Shown here: positions 1 through 14,345 of the stretch, one piece after another
How positions within the stretch are numbered: position 1 is the first letter of the stretch
How the letters are laid out: each line of letters begins with the position of its first letter
NCBI GenBank assembly: GCA_028534125.1
Contig: CM052816.1
Span: 97,156,001 to 97,220,000 of the forward strand
Length of the DNA stretch: 64,000 nucleotides
Source of the DNA: Lama glama
Lineage: Eukaryota
Direction of reading: 5' to 3'
Made by a program: the position numbers and the translations under genes
Notes under the pieces: generated by a model
What the model was told of the DNA's origin: nothing
What the model saw: the letters and a program-made list of their open reading frames with translations, nothing else
The model's database searches: none

Positions 1-60
1 GCCTCAGTTTCTTCATCTCTGAAATGAGTAGCATTATGCTACTCATAATATGTTTTTGGT
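1..60 (+). mobile_element. MIR fragment
   Basis: gcctcagtttcttcatctctgaaatg matches the MIR core. Confidence 0.6.
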
Positions 61-447
61 CTTTTAGGAGACTTCAGCGAGCTACACAAGGTGCCGGAAC
101 AGGACACAGGAGTTAGCGGTGCTTCTTCTATTTGTGAGGAAAACATAATACTTCTCAGAAGCCTAAGGACTAAACATCTATTTGCTTTATATCTGGATGA
201 ACAAAGGACCATTTTCCCCCTTCCTTCTGCTGCAGTTGTTCTTGCTCCAGTTCCTGATATAAAGAAATACAGAGTAGCTGTCTACAGCACACAGCCCCCA
301 CAAGCGCAGGATCCCGGGACGGTGTTTAGGGCTCACGGCTTGGGTGGATTCTCCCAGGTCCTTCTCTGGTTTCTCCTCCGTTCTTGTCCGGGAGAATGGA
401 CCAGTGCCGCCCTGGGTTCCAGAGGCGGCCAGGAGCTGAAGGGATGG

Positions 448-466
448 CTGGCAGCAGGGGGCGCCC
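448..466 (+). promoter_or_regulatory. Candidate CTCF binding site
   Basis: CTGGCAGCAGGGGGCGCCC matches the CTCF core CCASYAGRKGGCRS at 13 of 14 positions. Motif only; no binding data. Confidence 0.45.
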
Positions 467-682
467 TCAGCCGGGCTCTGCAGAGAATCTTCCCACCAAC
501 AGCTCTGAAGGAGCCAGATTTATGCCTCAAGTTTCTTCCCCAGAGCAGGGCTCAGATGGGGGTTGGTGGTGGCCTTAAATGTATCATCCAACAAAATTCC
601 GTTTAATGCTCTGAATATGCAATATCTTGCAGGGTCCTCCAGCTGGAGGAAAGTGTTTAGCATTATTGTTTAGTGCACTGCA

Positions 683-778
683 TGGTTATTCACCATAGCC
701 AACAGTTGGAAGCAACACAAGTGTCCATCAACAGATGAGTGGATAAACAATATGTGGTCTCTACCTAGAATGGAATGC
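683..778 (+). mobile_element. L1M fragment (end of ORF2)
   Basis: ttattcaccatagccaacagttggaagcaacacaagtgtccatcaacagatgagtggataaacaa. Confidence 0.75.
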
Positions 779-3174
779 TTTGAATAATATTAATACCACA
801 GACGACAGGCAGATCTGCAGTCCAGAGGAGAAGCCATAATAAGTGTAAAGAGCAGAGATTCAAACAGAAGATCATAGCCATCTAGCTCATATTCCGTTAG
901 GAGATGATGGCGTTTGCCTGGATTCTGGCAAATTCAGACCGTATTTATGTATTTGCATCCTCATTGACTGGGGTTGGTGTTTTTATTTAAAAGAAAATTA
1001 TTAAGATCGATGCTTTTGTGTCTGTATACAGAAACTGTCTGTAGAGATGATAATAACAATTTTAAGAGCAGAAAACACAATACTACTACTTTAGGAGAAT
1101 ATTTAAATCCAGCTCAGATTCCATATCACAGTCAATTAGGTAAAATAGTATCTAGTTATTACATAGGCATAGTATTGAGATTATGAAATCTAAAAAATTA
1201 CTGTTTGTGTTTTTAGAATACAGCATGGTGATAATATTGTCAAATATACCATCTAATAGGAATATGGCCTACTCTGCTCATAGGCTCTTGTGGGCAGACA
1301 CACATGATTTTTTTCTGCTCCTATGATACACTAGGTAAAATTACAAACTGGTGGCCTTAAAAACTACTGCCTCTTCCTGCCTCCCGTATACGTGGAGGCT
1401 GTCCTGGAAAACTGTCATGATCCTCTTCAGCCCCGCCAAGGGCAACAGCTGGAACTACTCACTAAAGACGTGGGTTTGGCACCTGCTGGGTTCAGGACAA
1501 CAGACTCAGGATGCAGTAAGTACAATTCCTTCTCCTGCTTTGCCTTCATATGTGCCTCCCAGCCCTCCCCACCCCCCATCCCCAACCATGCAATCGTTTT
1601 TAAACCTATTATGCCAAATGCTCATCATTCGCCAGGTCACAGAGGCAGGCAGCCTCCCCCATCTTTCCACCTCATCACTGAGGAGAGGCAAAGGAAATAA
1701 AACTTCTGAAATATGAAAATTGGTTACACTGCCAGTGACAAGGAAACAGAAGAAGATGATGGAGATGTGACCCTGAACTATAACGACCTTGAGGGAGGAA
1801 GAGGCGGGAGACAAAGACGTCAGAGGGAAGAGAAGAAACCAATGGTGGGAGAAAAGGAGAAAAAAGCCTAAGACCTTAAAACAGAAGGAAACTGGGGGAA
1901 AAATGGGGACATTGATTCCATTTGCAGCTCTGAATAAAAGTTACAACTTGGGTCTTGACATGATCATTTTCTTCAGTTTATTCTCTTTTGGGTTCAGTAT
2001 TGTAATAAAGTCCCTGATGGAAAAATAAGTTTATCAGAATTTACACCATCCTAATGAAACATTTTAAATAACATCTCAAAGGCCATTTTGGCATTTATTC
2101 AGGAGATGCTATTCATATGAAAATGAGAGCATGCCTGCTCGGAGCTCAGTGTAGTCATTCTGCTTGATCTTTGGTGTAATCACTGGCATCATTCCAGCCA
2201 AATCCGATTTCTCCCTGTCCTGATCATCAGTGAGGCTCACTGTATCCTGTGATTGCTTCTTATTACTTACTGAGAGCTCACTGTGCACCTTCTGGAAATG
2301 CTTTTGGCTGTTAATACCACATCCATCCAGTGCTGTATGCGGAATTGGTACTAACTGTGGTGGGAGATGTAAAAGGAGAAAGAATATAAATTTATGTGAA
2401 ACCCTATCATGGGGTTGGCACTGGGGACGATGAGCAGTGTGGGTGGCTAGAAAGGGTGTGGGATGAATGCTAATGCCCTTCATTCAGTACAGGCAGAAAG
2501 TTCTCCAAGCAAAAATAAGTCTTTCAGACACTGCATTTTGGATTAAAAAAAAAAAAAAAGAAAAAATATCTCCATCAAAAATATTTTCCCTTCCTTCCTT
2601 TTTTTTTTTTCACCTTTTGCAATGGAAACAACTGGTGGTCTCTCATTCTAAAATTCCTCATAATTTAATGTAACAATTATAAAAGCAGATTGTGTTTGCA
2701 ATCTCATTAGTGTTCCTTTGAGTGGTAATAAAATGAGGTACCTGAAAAAGAAGTAGATGCTTATATAAAGTGAAGTGTAATAAAATGGAAAACATCTCAG
2801 AGAGTTGTAAGCATGTCATAGTGGCTGAGGAACAAACTTTTAATATTAGAAAAACAGACCTCATCTTAAAAATCTTGCCTGAAAAATATGGTGAAGTTTA
2901 TCATATAAACATGCACTTTTGTGTATTTGTCTAAAGGAACATCTACTTTGGCATTTTAATTGGGCAAGGGCTGTCTTTTTGAATGGCAGCAACAAGCTGC
3001 AGCAATAATTGCTTGACACAATGTCACAGACACTGATGTGTGTACTTTAATTATTTATTTGTACTTGGATTTCCTGCAGACTTTTACTCCACTCAGTCAT
3101 GTGTTACAAAATCAACCTGTTTCTTTTGCCTGCCTTGGGTGAGCCATATTCCTCGGTTATTCACCCACCGCATG

Positions 3175-3340
3175 GCACTCACAGCATTGTCCACATTGTG
3201 TTATTTTTGCTGACATGCTTGTCTCTGGCCAGGTGGAGAGGTGGTTGAGGACAATGACCACCTCACACCCATCTTTGTGTTCCCAGAGGCAGCACAGTGT
3301 CCGACAAATAGTCAGAACTCAACAGATGCCTGCTTGATAA
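3175..3340 (+). mobile_element. L2 3' end
   Basis: catctttgtgttcccagaggcagcacagtgtccgacaaatagtcagaactcaacagatgcctgcttga resembles the L2 terminus. Confidence 0.55.
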
Positions 3341-3849
3341 GTTCACTGTCTTAACGAAGGACCCGAAGAGGAATTCCCAGGGGGCCGAAACAAAGAAGGA
3401 GGCCACTGCTAGAGGGGCCGAAGCTGTGGGATTGGTCCAGGAATGTCCAGGAACTGGACATCACCTAGGACTTAGGATTTTAATACCCACAGGGGAAAGA
3501 TGTTGCCTTGGGCTTGGAAAAAAATGGCAGCTGCGACCAAGACCCATGAATAAGACCAGAAGCTTCAGAAGGTTGTCCTCCTCATGTGGGAAAGTCCAGA
3601 AGAACTCTGTACACTAGGTCAAGGAAGTATCAATAAGCTTCCAATGATAATTGAAACTTTAAACATGGGCATTGGTTTTGAAACCATATTATCTGCTTCA
3701 TAATGAGAATCTCAAGTTAGATGGTTTTCAGTCAGACCAAAAACCAGAGACAGTCCTTGAGGCTCTGGTAGAATCATGAACAACACTTTGCAAATGATAC
3801 TTTATATCACAGGGTGCAGGGCGTGTCCCAGTTGAGGGGGGGTAGTCCC

Positions 3850-5295
3850 CACTGAACATGACCTCACAATAAACAAAAATTATGAACTACATAAGGCAAT
3901 GGATCATACAAGGAGGAATCAACAAAAATAACAGACATTAGAATCAGTATTACAATATCTGCAAATATTACATCAATCTGAAGTAGTCTATAAAATAAGA
4001 TTAAATTAATAAAAGACGGATTAGAGTTCATAATGAATGACTAGTTAAGAGAAAGTAACAGGTATATTTTAAAAATGAGCCCCATAGACTCTCCAGCAAT
4101 CAACATGTAGATACTGAACTTAAAACACTCAGCTCTGAGGAAAAAACAGAAGCATAGAGATAAAAAGTATAAAAGAGTTGTTGAGGTACAGAGGATAAAA
4201 TAAAAAGATTCAACATACTTGTAATGAAAGTTTGAGGAATCAAGAACAGAAAGACTTGGAAAGAGGCAAAATACAAGGAAACATGGAGCAACAACTTGGT
4301 GGACCTGGAGCAGAAGATGAGCTCTGTGGTTGAGATGATGCATTGAGTTGCAAACAGGAAAAATGAAAGTAAACCTATCCTTAAGACAAGGAATCTATTA
4401 CCCAGGACAGACAAAGAGCGAGTCCTACAAAACCAATCAGAAGAAAGGCATTATCTATCAAGGAACAACAATGAGACTGTAGATCTCCCCTCAGTATATT
4501 AAAATCCAGGAAAATATGGACTCAGGTTTTAAAAATGTTAGAAAAGTTATCATAAATTATTAGTCAATGAGGAAAAAAGTTATTTTTAATACAAAAGTGG
4601 ATTGGGTAGATTATGCACAGGCTCTCATGGAAAGGATTACAAAGGAATAATCTTATGGAAATATGAACACTGAGTCCTGGAGGCAAAAATGATATTCAGA
4701 AGAATGGTGAACAGGCAGATTGTTAAGCAAGAAGAGTGATAATAATGAATAATAACAATATATTGATTAAATTTAGGAATATCTAAATAACACTAGTATG
4801 GAGAATGAAAAAGGATGATCAGATTTAGAGATTTAGAGCATGGCTTCTGTATTCTTCAACAAAAAGATGGAGTTAACAATAGGCCCTGTTAGTCATGTGC
4901 ATGTTACACATTTTACGTTAATTGCTAAAAGACGAGACTAGAATATATAACTGTCAAGTCACTAGCAGGAAAAAAGGAGAATAAATACACTCCATTAGTC
5001 CATGAGAAGGTAGGAAAACAGGAAAAATAAGTAGGAGCAAAGAACACATATGACAGACTAAAAAAAGCCAGATAAGACTAGCAGTAATTATAATACACGT
5101 AAATGTATTACACTCGCCAGGTAAAAGAGGGAGACTCTCAGGTCAGAGAATGTAACATACACCTAGATGCTGTTTACAAGAGACACACCTGTACAGCAAG
5201 GGAAAACTGAACAAGATGGGAAAAGGGACACTGGGAATATACCAACCTGGCAGAGTTATATTGACATTAGAGAACACAGACTTCAAGGGAAAAAC
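3850..5295 (+). mobile_element. Ancient L1 relic (ORF1 through the start of the ORF2 endonuclease)
   Basis: A-rich sense strand. tgctgtttacaagagacacacctg at 5168-5191 encodes CCLQETHL, the L1 endonuclease motif. Confidence 0.7.
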
Positions 5296-8200
5296 ACTCC
5301 TGTGGGCAGAACGCTTTTCTATCAGCTGGTGTGTGACCTACTTCCCTTCCCCAGGACTGTCTGTGTATTTGTGCTCTCAGCTCTGCCTGGAACAAGGCTG
5401 GTGGGCTGACAGCGTATTAGCTCTGCTATACAAAGCACAAGAAAACCACAGAGAGAAAAATTTCCCCTGACATTTTCTAGCATTTTCATTTGCTGAATCG
5501 GGCATACGTCGCCTAAAAGACATCTTATCAAGGAGGTTTCTGTGTGTGTGTTATTTATGTTATTTATGGTTACATCTCTTGTATTTGTCACGGAGAGGTC
5601 ACTTTACTTCGGGCGGTTTAGAAAGTTACATTTGGCAGCGAAAATGCATTTATTACTCCTATGCTGACGACAGCTATTCTCACCTTTTCTTGCTGATGGT
5701 AATGAAAATGTTAACTTGAGTCTCTTATTTTACATCTTAGTTTCTACTTAGAAAAAATGGACTGTTTTGATTATCGAATAAAAAATATATCGTGAAAACA
5801 CTTTGTAGGGCTCTCATATATGCGAAAACATTTTGTGGAGTGTTTCTGTTAAGAATACTTTAGAGCCTAAATCCACTTATAAGTTAACTTTTCCCCCCAT
5901 TTTTACTGAATGTCTTTGAAGATGGAATTATACCTTGCCCAGATTCCAATTTTACATAAACTGGGCCACCAGCTGAATATATTAGAAAACGAGAGAAGAG
6001 GAGACTATGAATTAGGTTTTATGTTAGATCATCTTCACTTATTTATGTGATTTTGACCAGCTGGTGCTTAGCAGTCACCCCCACCCCGACAACCTCAGTG
6101 CCATGATGGCCCGTAACCACGAACGTGGAATCCCTGCCTAGTTTCGAGCACTTATCTGCCAGTGACCCTCCACACACAGCCTAGCACCCTCTGGAACCTG
6201 CCTCCCTTTAACTACCAGGGTTCTAAAGCTTGTTTCCAATGGCTCAAAACCCTACTTGCTATATACCACAGGCAAGTTCTGTAGCCTCTGAGAGCTTCTG
6301 TTTTGTTGCCTGTAGAGTGAGCATCCCCTCCAAGGACTCATGTGGATAAAGGAGCCAGTATATAGAAAATGCCTGGCAAAGCAAGTTGTCATTTTTAAAG
6401 TAACAGAACATTTATTACTTGTAAACTGCGATGAGGTCAGATACAGAACTAGTCATGGGATTCTGCCCATCATAAGCCATTCATGCTGATTCTGAAGGTT
6501 CTTATCCGAGGACAGGAAGCCTCTGCAGGTGTTATGGTCATCACATTCATGTTCCTGAGCTGCAGTTTCCATCTCCGTCCTCAAGAGAGGATGCTGACAC
6601 CTCCTGCATTGTTTTTCACGGAGGGAGACTTTTCTTCTCAATAAGTAGAAACAGAAACTCACCGAAGTGCATGGCATCTCCAGAGTCCTGGGTCCCTCAT
6701 TCATAAAATGGGGGCCAGAAAACGTTATCTCTTGGTTCCCTTTCACTTCTCAGGTTTGCAGTTCTGAAATGCTAACCAGCATCTGGAGAAAGCTAAGGAC
6801 CTCATGAAGGCACCGATGTGGAGGCGGCTAAAGCGGTCTGACAAGTGAGGACACAGGATGCTGGGGCAGGATGCCAGGAACTTGCCAGAATTTGGAGCAG
6901 GCATGCAGTGACTGTGAGCTGAATTCAGAGCTGCGAGCTTGGGAGAAATCAAGTCTGGGTGGGAGAGTCTCTGAGCAGTGGTGCCAGCAGGTTGCATCTG
7001 CAACCCAACCTGCCTTCCAGTGAACTGATATTAATATTCAGCTCGTGTTTCAAGTGCCCGAAGGGCTACAATGAACAAAACAGGGCTGATGATTTTTTTT
7101 GTCTAAAAGAACAGAGCTCAGAATAGGAAGCAGGAAGGCTGACCAGCAGGCACTGGGGATGCTGGTGGTGGAAATGCGGGCTCTTCAGAGTCGGTTTATG
7201 AAGGTTGGAAGATCATTTCCAACTGAGGATCCAGCCCGAAGCATGCCAGCATCAAGGACCCGTGACGTGCGTGAGAAGGGATTTCAATGCGGCAAGAAGG
7301 CGGCCATGAACCGCCATTCACTCCTTCACACACTCAGTTGCACACAGAGCCTGTCCCCATGCCAGGGCATCTGGAGAAAGAAGGATTCACTCGGGCTCCC
7401 AGGGGACGCCTAACCCTGTCTGAGGATGAACGGGGGTGCTGGGGAGACAGGGGAGGTGTTATGTGGAGCCCGGTGAGTGGCGGAAGAAAAAGTCGCCTGA
7501 TGGAAATGACGGGAATCCAGCAGCGCTTCTGCTTAGCGATGCTTACTGTAAACACGGTTATGTGGCAGCATCCTGCTGCACGCGCTGGGAGACAGGAAGC
7601 AAGTGTAGGAAGCAATCGTGGCCTTAAGGAACCTGCTCTGCAAGGGGACCCAGCAGTCACGTTCACCAAAAGGAAAAAAGGGGGCCAGAGATGCTGTACA
7701 ATCAAGTGCTAAGTTACCTGGCACGGATCCCGAGTCCCAGGGCACTGGAGAAGCCCCGTCACAGGGGCCAGCGCGGTGCTGGGGGAAGACCTGACAAGCG
7801 GGCAGCCTGGGGCAGGGGGCGAGCGCTGCGGGGAGAGGCACCAGGGGGTGGGGGCTGGGCTGCGGGTGCCCGAGAGAGAGGAGGCTGGGCTTCTCACGCC
7901 ATCATAGTAACAAATAGATTCCGACACTTTTTCCAGAACGTGTCACCAAAGAGCGAGCTGTATGTGTTTTTTAATCAACAGGGAAAAATTCCATTTCATC
8001 ATCACTCTTAGTTTTTGCCCGTTTTGATGTTTCTCTACCTTTTTATCAAACACAGTTGTATAACGACCAGTCAACTTTATTTCCCTGTGCTGCGCTTTTG
8101 TGCAATGGAGGATAATAAAGGTAAGTATCTTAGCGGAAAGCTGTCTGTCAGGCTTACTTTTTCTTAACATCCTTGACAGAAGTATTTTAATTTCATTCCC

Positions 8201-10771
8201 CTTTCAGAGAATTTAAGACGGATATTAGCATTGCTACTGCCTTTGGCATTTAAGTTTCTAGAAGGTCAACATATGTTAGTACAAGATGAGTCTAGGATAT
8301 TACGTATTCTTTCATAAACTCAGTATTTAATCCATAAATCAAATCATAATAAAACCTCATACTTTTCCATGAGCACTCTGGGATGTTTGTGATATGTGTA
8401 GCTTTTCTTCTTCTTCAATTTAAATTTACTCTTTGTAGAGTGAAACAAGTTCACATTAAATGTCACATGTAAGAACGGTAATTTTTTTTAGAGACAGAAG
8501 CAAGCATTTATCATTGTGATCTTTGTTCTAAACACCGAGAGAACTCATATTAAAAAAATAAAGCTAGTACTGTTGTCTCTTGTCTAAAAAAAAGAGGGGG
8601 GTTTGTCTGAAACTTTCTAAGAATAGGCACTCTAAAATGCAGAGCACTGGAACATAATAGAGCTGCAGTTTGCTGAGAATCTGTTAGAACCCTGCCTGGT
8701 CTGTAACACTGAGTATTTCCAGCCCTCCTGAGAGGCTCTGAAGATGGTTGATCTCTAATTTCCATGTGAGGAAACTGTGGCTTGGAGAAAGCTTGACCAA
8801 GTCTCAAAGGTGATCCATGTAGTTTTCAACTGAATTTGGAGGGCAGAATAGAAAGCACACTTAAAGCCTTCTTGCATTGGCTGCTATTATTATGTTTGAT
8901 GTAGAAATTCGAAAAAAAATCCTTACAGTGTGTTTTAAAGAGTGAAAAGAACCTCTTACTGGACTAAGAAGTATTCCTTCCTGAATTTTACCAGGATTTC
9001 ACCTGGATCAGATGTCAGCTGGTCACTGGGGGGAGACACAGTCACGGGGCCTACTGATTGAAGTTTAGAAAGATCAGATGTCTTCAAGTCTAGTCTTCCT
9101 GACCACTCTGGCCAAGTACAGGCTTCTTGAAAGGACAAGGCAAACACCAGGTCATTTGCAGCCTTGAAATATTCTCCTTGAGACATCACAGAGTTAAAAA
9201 GAACTTCCGAGCATCTGGTGCGTGGGTGTCAGAGTCTTGGGAAGCCCCCGGGGAACGGGAGGGACCAGGAGCTGAGAAATGTTGGATCCTGATCACCCTT
9301 CCGCACCCTCAGCAGGTCCAGGAGGGACCAAGAGCCACAGAAAATTCAACAGTCAGGGCAGATTCTACCAGGGCTGGGAGGGGAGATAGTACATAAGAGC
9401 AAAGCATCCCACCAAGGCAGCAAAGATGCTCTGGAGACTCTCCCCAGCCTCCAGCCCTGTGTGTCTTTTCCATAGCAACTCAGACAGTGGAAGGAAAAGC
9501 CAGTTTGAAACCCTGAGTACAAGCTAGACTCCTGCCACCCCCAAGACTGGATTTCTTGCAATAGAAAATGAGATGTATGGCTACTTAGACACAGTGACAT
9601 AAGCTGCTTTAATCAGAACAAGGTTTGGATTTCCAGTGGAACCACAAATGATAGCTCCTACCTGCAAACCTGAAAAATGGGCTGCCGGAGCCTTTGGGGA
9701 GCCAGGAAGACAGAGAGCGGAGTCTGTGTGCTTTTCTACCCAAGGAAAATCTGAACATGGAAAATCAGGCTTCCTTGCCTATTCAGAATTCCTTGTATCT
9801 TAGGACTTGGCCAGGATTCTCATGGGTCAGTGGTTCCTCAGTCTTCTCTACAACCACAAGGTCTTCAGGGGACTGTTAAGAGACTTGAGATGCCATGTGT
9901 GTACTTGCGGAAATCAGAACCACAGTCTCACTTTTGGAAGTGTTTTCAATCCAGTTTGAAGCACCCAAACTATGATACAGCAAACAAAACCCACACAAGT
10001 TTGCAAAGGACAAGGCAGAGGAGGCAGAGTGTCCACTGTTGAGAGGTAGAGACATATTTTGGCATCTTAACCCCTTTCGGCGAAATGATTTCACGTATCA
10101 GGCCAGAAGCACCCAAAGCTTGGACTCTGGTTCAGGGTATCCTCTCCTGTTTCAAGGCATCTCCAATGATCAAAACAAGACACTGACTGTCTTTCGGGGC
10201 TTCTGTCTCACTGTTGACTTTCTCAGGATGCTCTCAGGGAGCTGGGGCCACCCCACAACACTTGCTTTAGACTCAAGAATACACTTACCAATTCACTTCT
10301 TACATCCTGAACTAGCATTTAAACCATAAGCACTTACCATAATTGCTTTAAATTAAAACACTAATAAGGGATATTTCTACATTTGCTACTTTCATATTTT
10401 CCAAAGTTTTATACCTTGAAAGTCGACATCGAAGACACGTTTGGTTTCAATTTTAATTCCCTCGTACACTAAAAACTTCCTATTACACTAGTATGTGCTA
10501 CTATAAATAGTCCGAAAACTTAGAGGATCTAATAGAAAAGGTTGACAGAAACAAATAAACATAAACACGATTTTAGAGTGTGACATCCCACATTTCAAGT
10601 AACCAAGTTAGTGTCTTGGATGCACGTGTACTCTGGGCTGGTGACATAAAGGGTACATGTTTCTCTACTGAGATGTGTATCTGTTGAAATGGTAAGTCAA
10701 CAAGCTCCTTGTTTTAAGCAAGAAATCAGTTTTAATTCAACGAACACACTTTTCAAGTTTGAAGTACCTAC

Positions 10772-10856
10772 CAAAAGCTGTCCCGCAAAGCAGACGAAAA
10801 GGATAAAGGCCAGCGAGAGGAACGCAGCTCCGAAGGAGATCCCAAGAATGGACGTT
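10772..10856 (-). CDS. ADCY2: Adenylate cyclase 2, exon 15 (85 bp), transmembrane helix of the M2 bundle
   Basis: cctggtag|A ACG TCC ... CTT TTG|gtaggt. Encodes TSILGISFGAAFLSLAFILFVCFAGQLL, a hydrophobic ADCY2-type segment. Confidence 0.94.
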
Positions 10857-12744
10857 CTACCAGGAAACAAAAAGAACAGGTTAGTGTGGGGACACTTCCC
10901 ATTCTTCTGGAAAGCCATCATTCATATTTTTGGCTTAATTAGGACTTTACTAAATGAGGACTTCAATCCTCACTCATTTTGTTGAGAAACGGAAACGGAG
11001 TTAAAAACAAACCCAAGGTACGTGCTTAGAAAAACGGGTCTACAGTTGTGTCTGGCCCACTTGTTACAACTCATTAAAACTTTCCTGCAAACATTAGTTC
11101 TTCATGAAAGAAAAACCATCTTCTTATGACTTGTCTCGGCAACCAGCAACCAGCACTCTCATGACTGCACTTGACTCTGCCCACCACGCTGCCCTCGTCC
11201 CTGACACCAATGCCCTCGAAGCCCTCGTGCCGTTTTCACTCCTACTCACTTAGAGACAGAGCCTTCGCTCTCCCCAGGACAATCCAACCAGATTCAACTT
11301 CCTTCAAGACTGATGCAGCTAAATGTTTACTGAGGCTCCCCAAAGATTTCCCGGCCATGACCTTTACATACTTGCACCAACTAATGAATATCCATGTGGA
11401 TGATCATGTGGAAAACGTGCCCCCTAAGTTACAGACTCTGCCCCCGGCAGGTTCCAGGTAGATAAAAGTGTTTGTAAGAATTGTAAGAACTGCATGCATT
11501 TCTGAGAGGCCCTTTAACTAGTTAAAAAATTTAAGGCCTCTTAAACTGTCATTTAATCCAAAGGAAGATGTGTTCAGGGGTATTAAAAATGGTGAACCAC
11601 AATGAATAAACTGAGATGAAATTCAAATGAAACATCCAAAGAGATCGGGTGGTATCTGAGACCACAGTGGAACCTGGTCCAGTGGGGCTGGCTAGTAATA
11701 CAAGAGACAGAAGGACTGGCACTGAGATGACATGTCGATACAGCGAATGGACGACTCAGACGTCAACCAGCAACAAGCTGAAATAACCAGCAGGTGCACA
11801 GCTGCGAGTCCCAAGGGGAGGGAAACGAGGTAACCTCAGCGAACTGAGCAAACTTCCTAATCCCATCAGGAGGGGAAGGGTCCACTCGGCTCACACTCGG
11901 ACACCTACCCTATCTTGAGGGACGATTACACATCAGGCAAGATCTACAAAACCTTGACTTCAAACCGCTGTATACTTGAGCCTGACCCAATGATGTATTT
12001 AGTGGGTACTGAGTTATCTCCAGACACGACAGACGATGCTTTCAAATACCAGGCCTGACAGTGACATTTGTTCACATTTTATGAGACACAGTAGTCTCTG
12101 CTTGGAGGGCGTTTATATACCAAGGACACCTGGATTGCTGACTGGTCTCCTGTGCCAGGCCCATGCTAGGCTGTAATGGCAGGAAGACCAGCAAGACGTT
12201 ATCCCTGTTTTGAGCTGCTTACAGTCTCGTAGAGGTAAGGACCATATGCCTCCTCACCTCCCCTATCCCGAATACCCTTCTTTCTTTCAGATATCCCTCT
12301 GGTCCTCAGTCCCCGGTCAGAAGCCACAGTCTAACCATTTCTCCAACACATACTCTCAGAGCCTCCCGCTTGCCAGGCAATGTGGCGGGAGGGGAGTGTA
12401 GGACAGGCTATACAGCTCAGAGGTGTGGTGGGCTTGGGTTACTCCGGTGACCAAGGAGAGTCTCGGTGACTCATCTGAGTGACTCATTTCGTTTGCCATC
12501 TTTCTCCCGCATCTTTATAAGAGAGCTCTGATAGGTTTCCTTAGACTCTGTGCTCTCCTGGTTCCTTGCTGGTGTCAAGGTAATTCCAGCTGCATAAGGC
12601 TGACTTCAGAAACATGGCATCTTTTTCTTAGGTCTGAAACTGTTTAACGAATGATCTCTTATTGAAGGTTTGGTAAATCTCAGCTATAAAACCAGCCGGT
12701 GATAACGAGGGTGATGGTGATGATGGTGACAATATGATAATCTG

Positions 12745-12935
12745 ATGATAGAATATTTACTGTGTCGAGCGCTGTTGTGAAGATTTTATATGATTATGTA
12801 ATCCTGGACAGCACTGATTATTACTCATTTTCCCAAAGAGAAACTGAAGCCCAGAGAAGTTAAGAAACTTGCCCAAAGTTAGACCCCTATCAAGTGGTGT
12901 GGTTAGGATTTAAGTGAACACAACTGTGTTCCTAA
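12745..12935 (-). mobile_element. MIR SINE nested in L1
   Basis: cattttcccaaagagaaactgaagcccagagaagttaagaaacttgcccaaagtt is the reverse complement of the MIR core. Confidence 0.8.
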
Positions 12936-14236
12936 CCCAGGTCCTATTTTTAGTATTTTTAGGAGTAGATACATCACATTTCTGTCATGTTTTACTGACT
13001 CTATTTTCCCAGAAAATTATTCATTTTGTTTAGATTTTTGAATGTGAAGTATTCTACATAATATTCTCTTGTAACTTTAAAAGTCTCCATATTTGAAGCA
13101 ATTCCTTCTGACCCTCAATGTTATTTTTCCTATTTTCTCTGCTTTGGACTTTTGAAGCTTGGCATGTTTTGTTGATCTTCTCAAAGAATGAGCTTTTGGC
13201 TTATTATTAAGGTCTATGCTTTCTGATTGTTTTCTATATTATTGGTTTCTGATTTAACTTTTAAAAATCTCTTCCTCCCTCTTTATTTAAACTTTAATTG
13301 TTCTTTTTCTGATTGTCATTTATTGTCAATCTTTTGTGTTTTCTAATAAATGCATTTAAGCATAAATATTCCCATAATTACTGCTTTAGCCTATTCCTGC
13401 AGCTTTTGATTTATAGCTACTCATTGCCATTCTTTTCTAAAAAGCCTGTAATTTCAACTTTCATTTCCTTTTAACATGAGAGTAATTTCACAAGGAGATT
13501 ATTTTTGGTCTGTCCTTGTCATTTCTCATTTCATTAGGTTTGATCAGAGATGGTGGTCTCCATTATTTCTACTTTGACTATTTTTCTTCTGGGGTGTGAT
13601 TAAATATGTTCTATTTCTATTATGTCTCATGGATTTCTGAAAATGATATATATTTTCTTTTTGGTGGAAACAAAGCATGTTCTTTAAATACATCTATTGT
13701 CAGAGCCTGATGAGTTACTCAGATCCTCAGTGGGCTGATTTATTGGTTCAATTTGGTCTTTCAGTTTTATTGAATGTATTAACATTTCCAACTAAGACTG
13801 TGGGTCTGTCAGTACATCTGAACATTTTAACAGTGTCTATTTATTTCAAAGAGATGCTGGAGTGCATAAAGATTTATGATTGTTAACTTTTCTTGGTGAC
13901 TGTACTGTAATATGTCTTTTTATTCATGCTAAGTGCCTTTCATTTGAACTCTAAAGTGAGAAATCTGTATTACTGTGGTTTCCTTTTTTCCTGTTCCCTG
14001 AAATAGCTATTTTTCATCCTTTATTTCCAACCTTTCTCTGTCTTTTATGTTTAGCTAGATCTTGTAAAAGTGGTACAGAAGTGGCCTTTGGTTTGTAGCC
14101 TCAATCTGTGAGCCTCTTTCCAAGAACAGGGCATTTTTATCCATTCACAATTATAAAATCTGTTCATATTTGACCAGTTCTTTCCATTTTATTTTCTTAA
14201 AATGTCTGGTAAAATTCACACAGAAATCACTAGAGT

Positions 14237-14345
14237 AAAAAAAAATTTTTTTTAATTTATTATTTAATTTTAAATTTAAATTTAAATTTAAATTATTTAA
14301 ATTTATACATTTAAAATTATTTAAAATTAAAATTATTATTTAATT
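14237..14345. repeat. AT-rich low-complexity tract with (TTTAAA)n
   Basis: About 110 bp, almost entirely A/T. Confidence 0.9.

Noticed and set aside
91..606. 171-aa plus-strand ORF and the many other 60-165 aa ORFs
   Set aside because: No recognisable domains. Many start at non-ATG codons or lie in repeats or GC-rich intron. This number is expected by chance in six frames.
1..10771. Search for ADCY2 exon 16 here and exon 4 in 44186-64000
   Set aside because: No matching sequence was seen by eye. They are presumed to lie outside the window, consistent with long introns, so this is not treated as loss.
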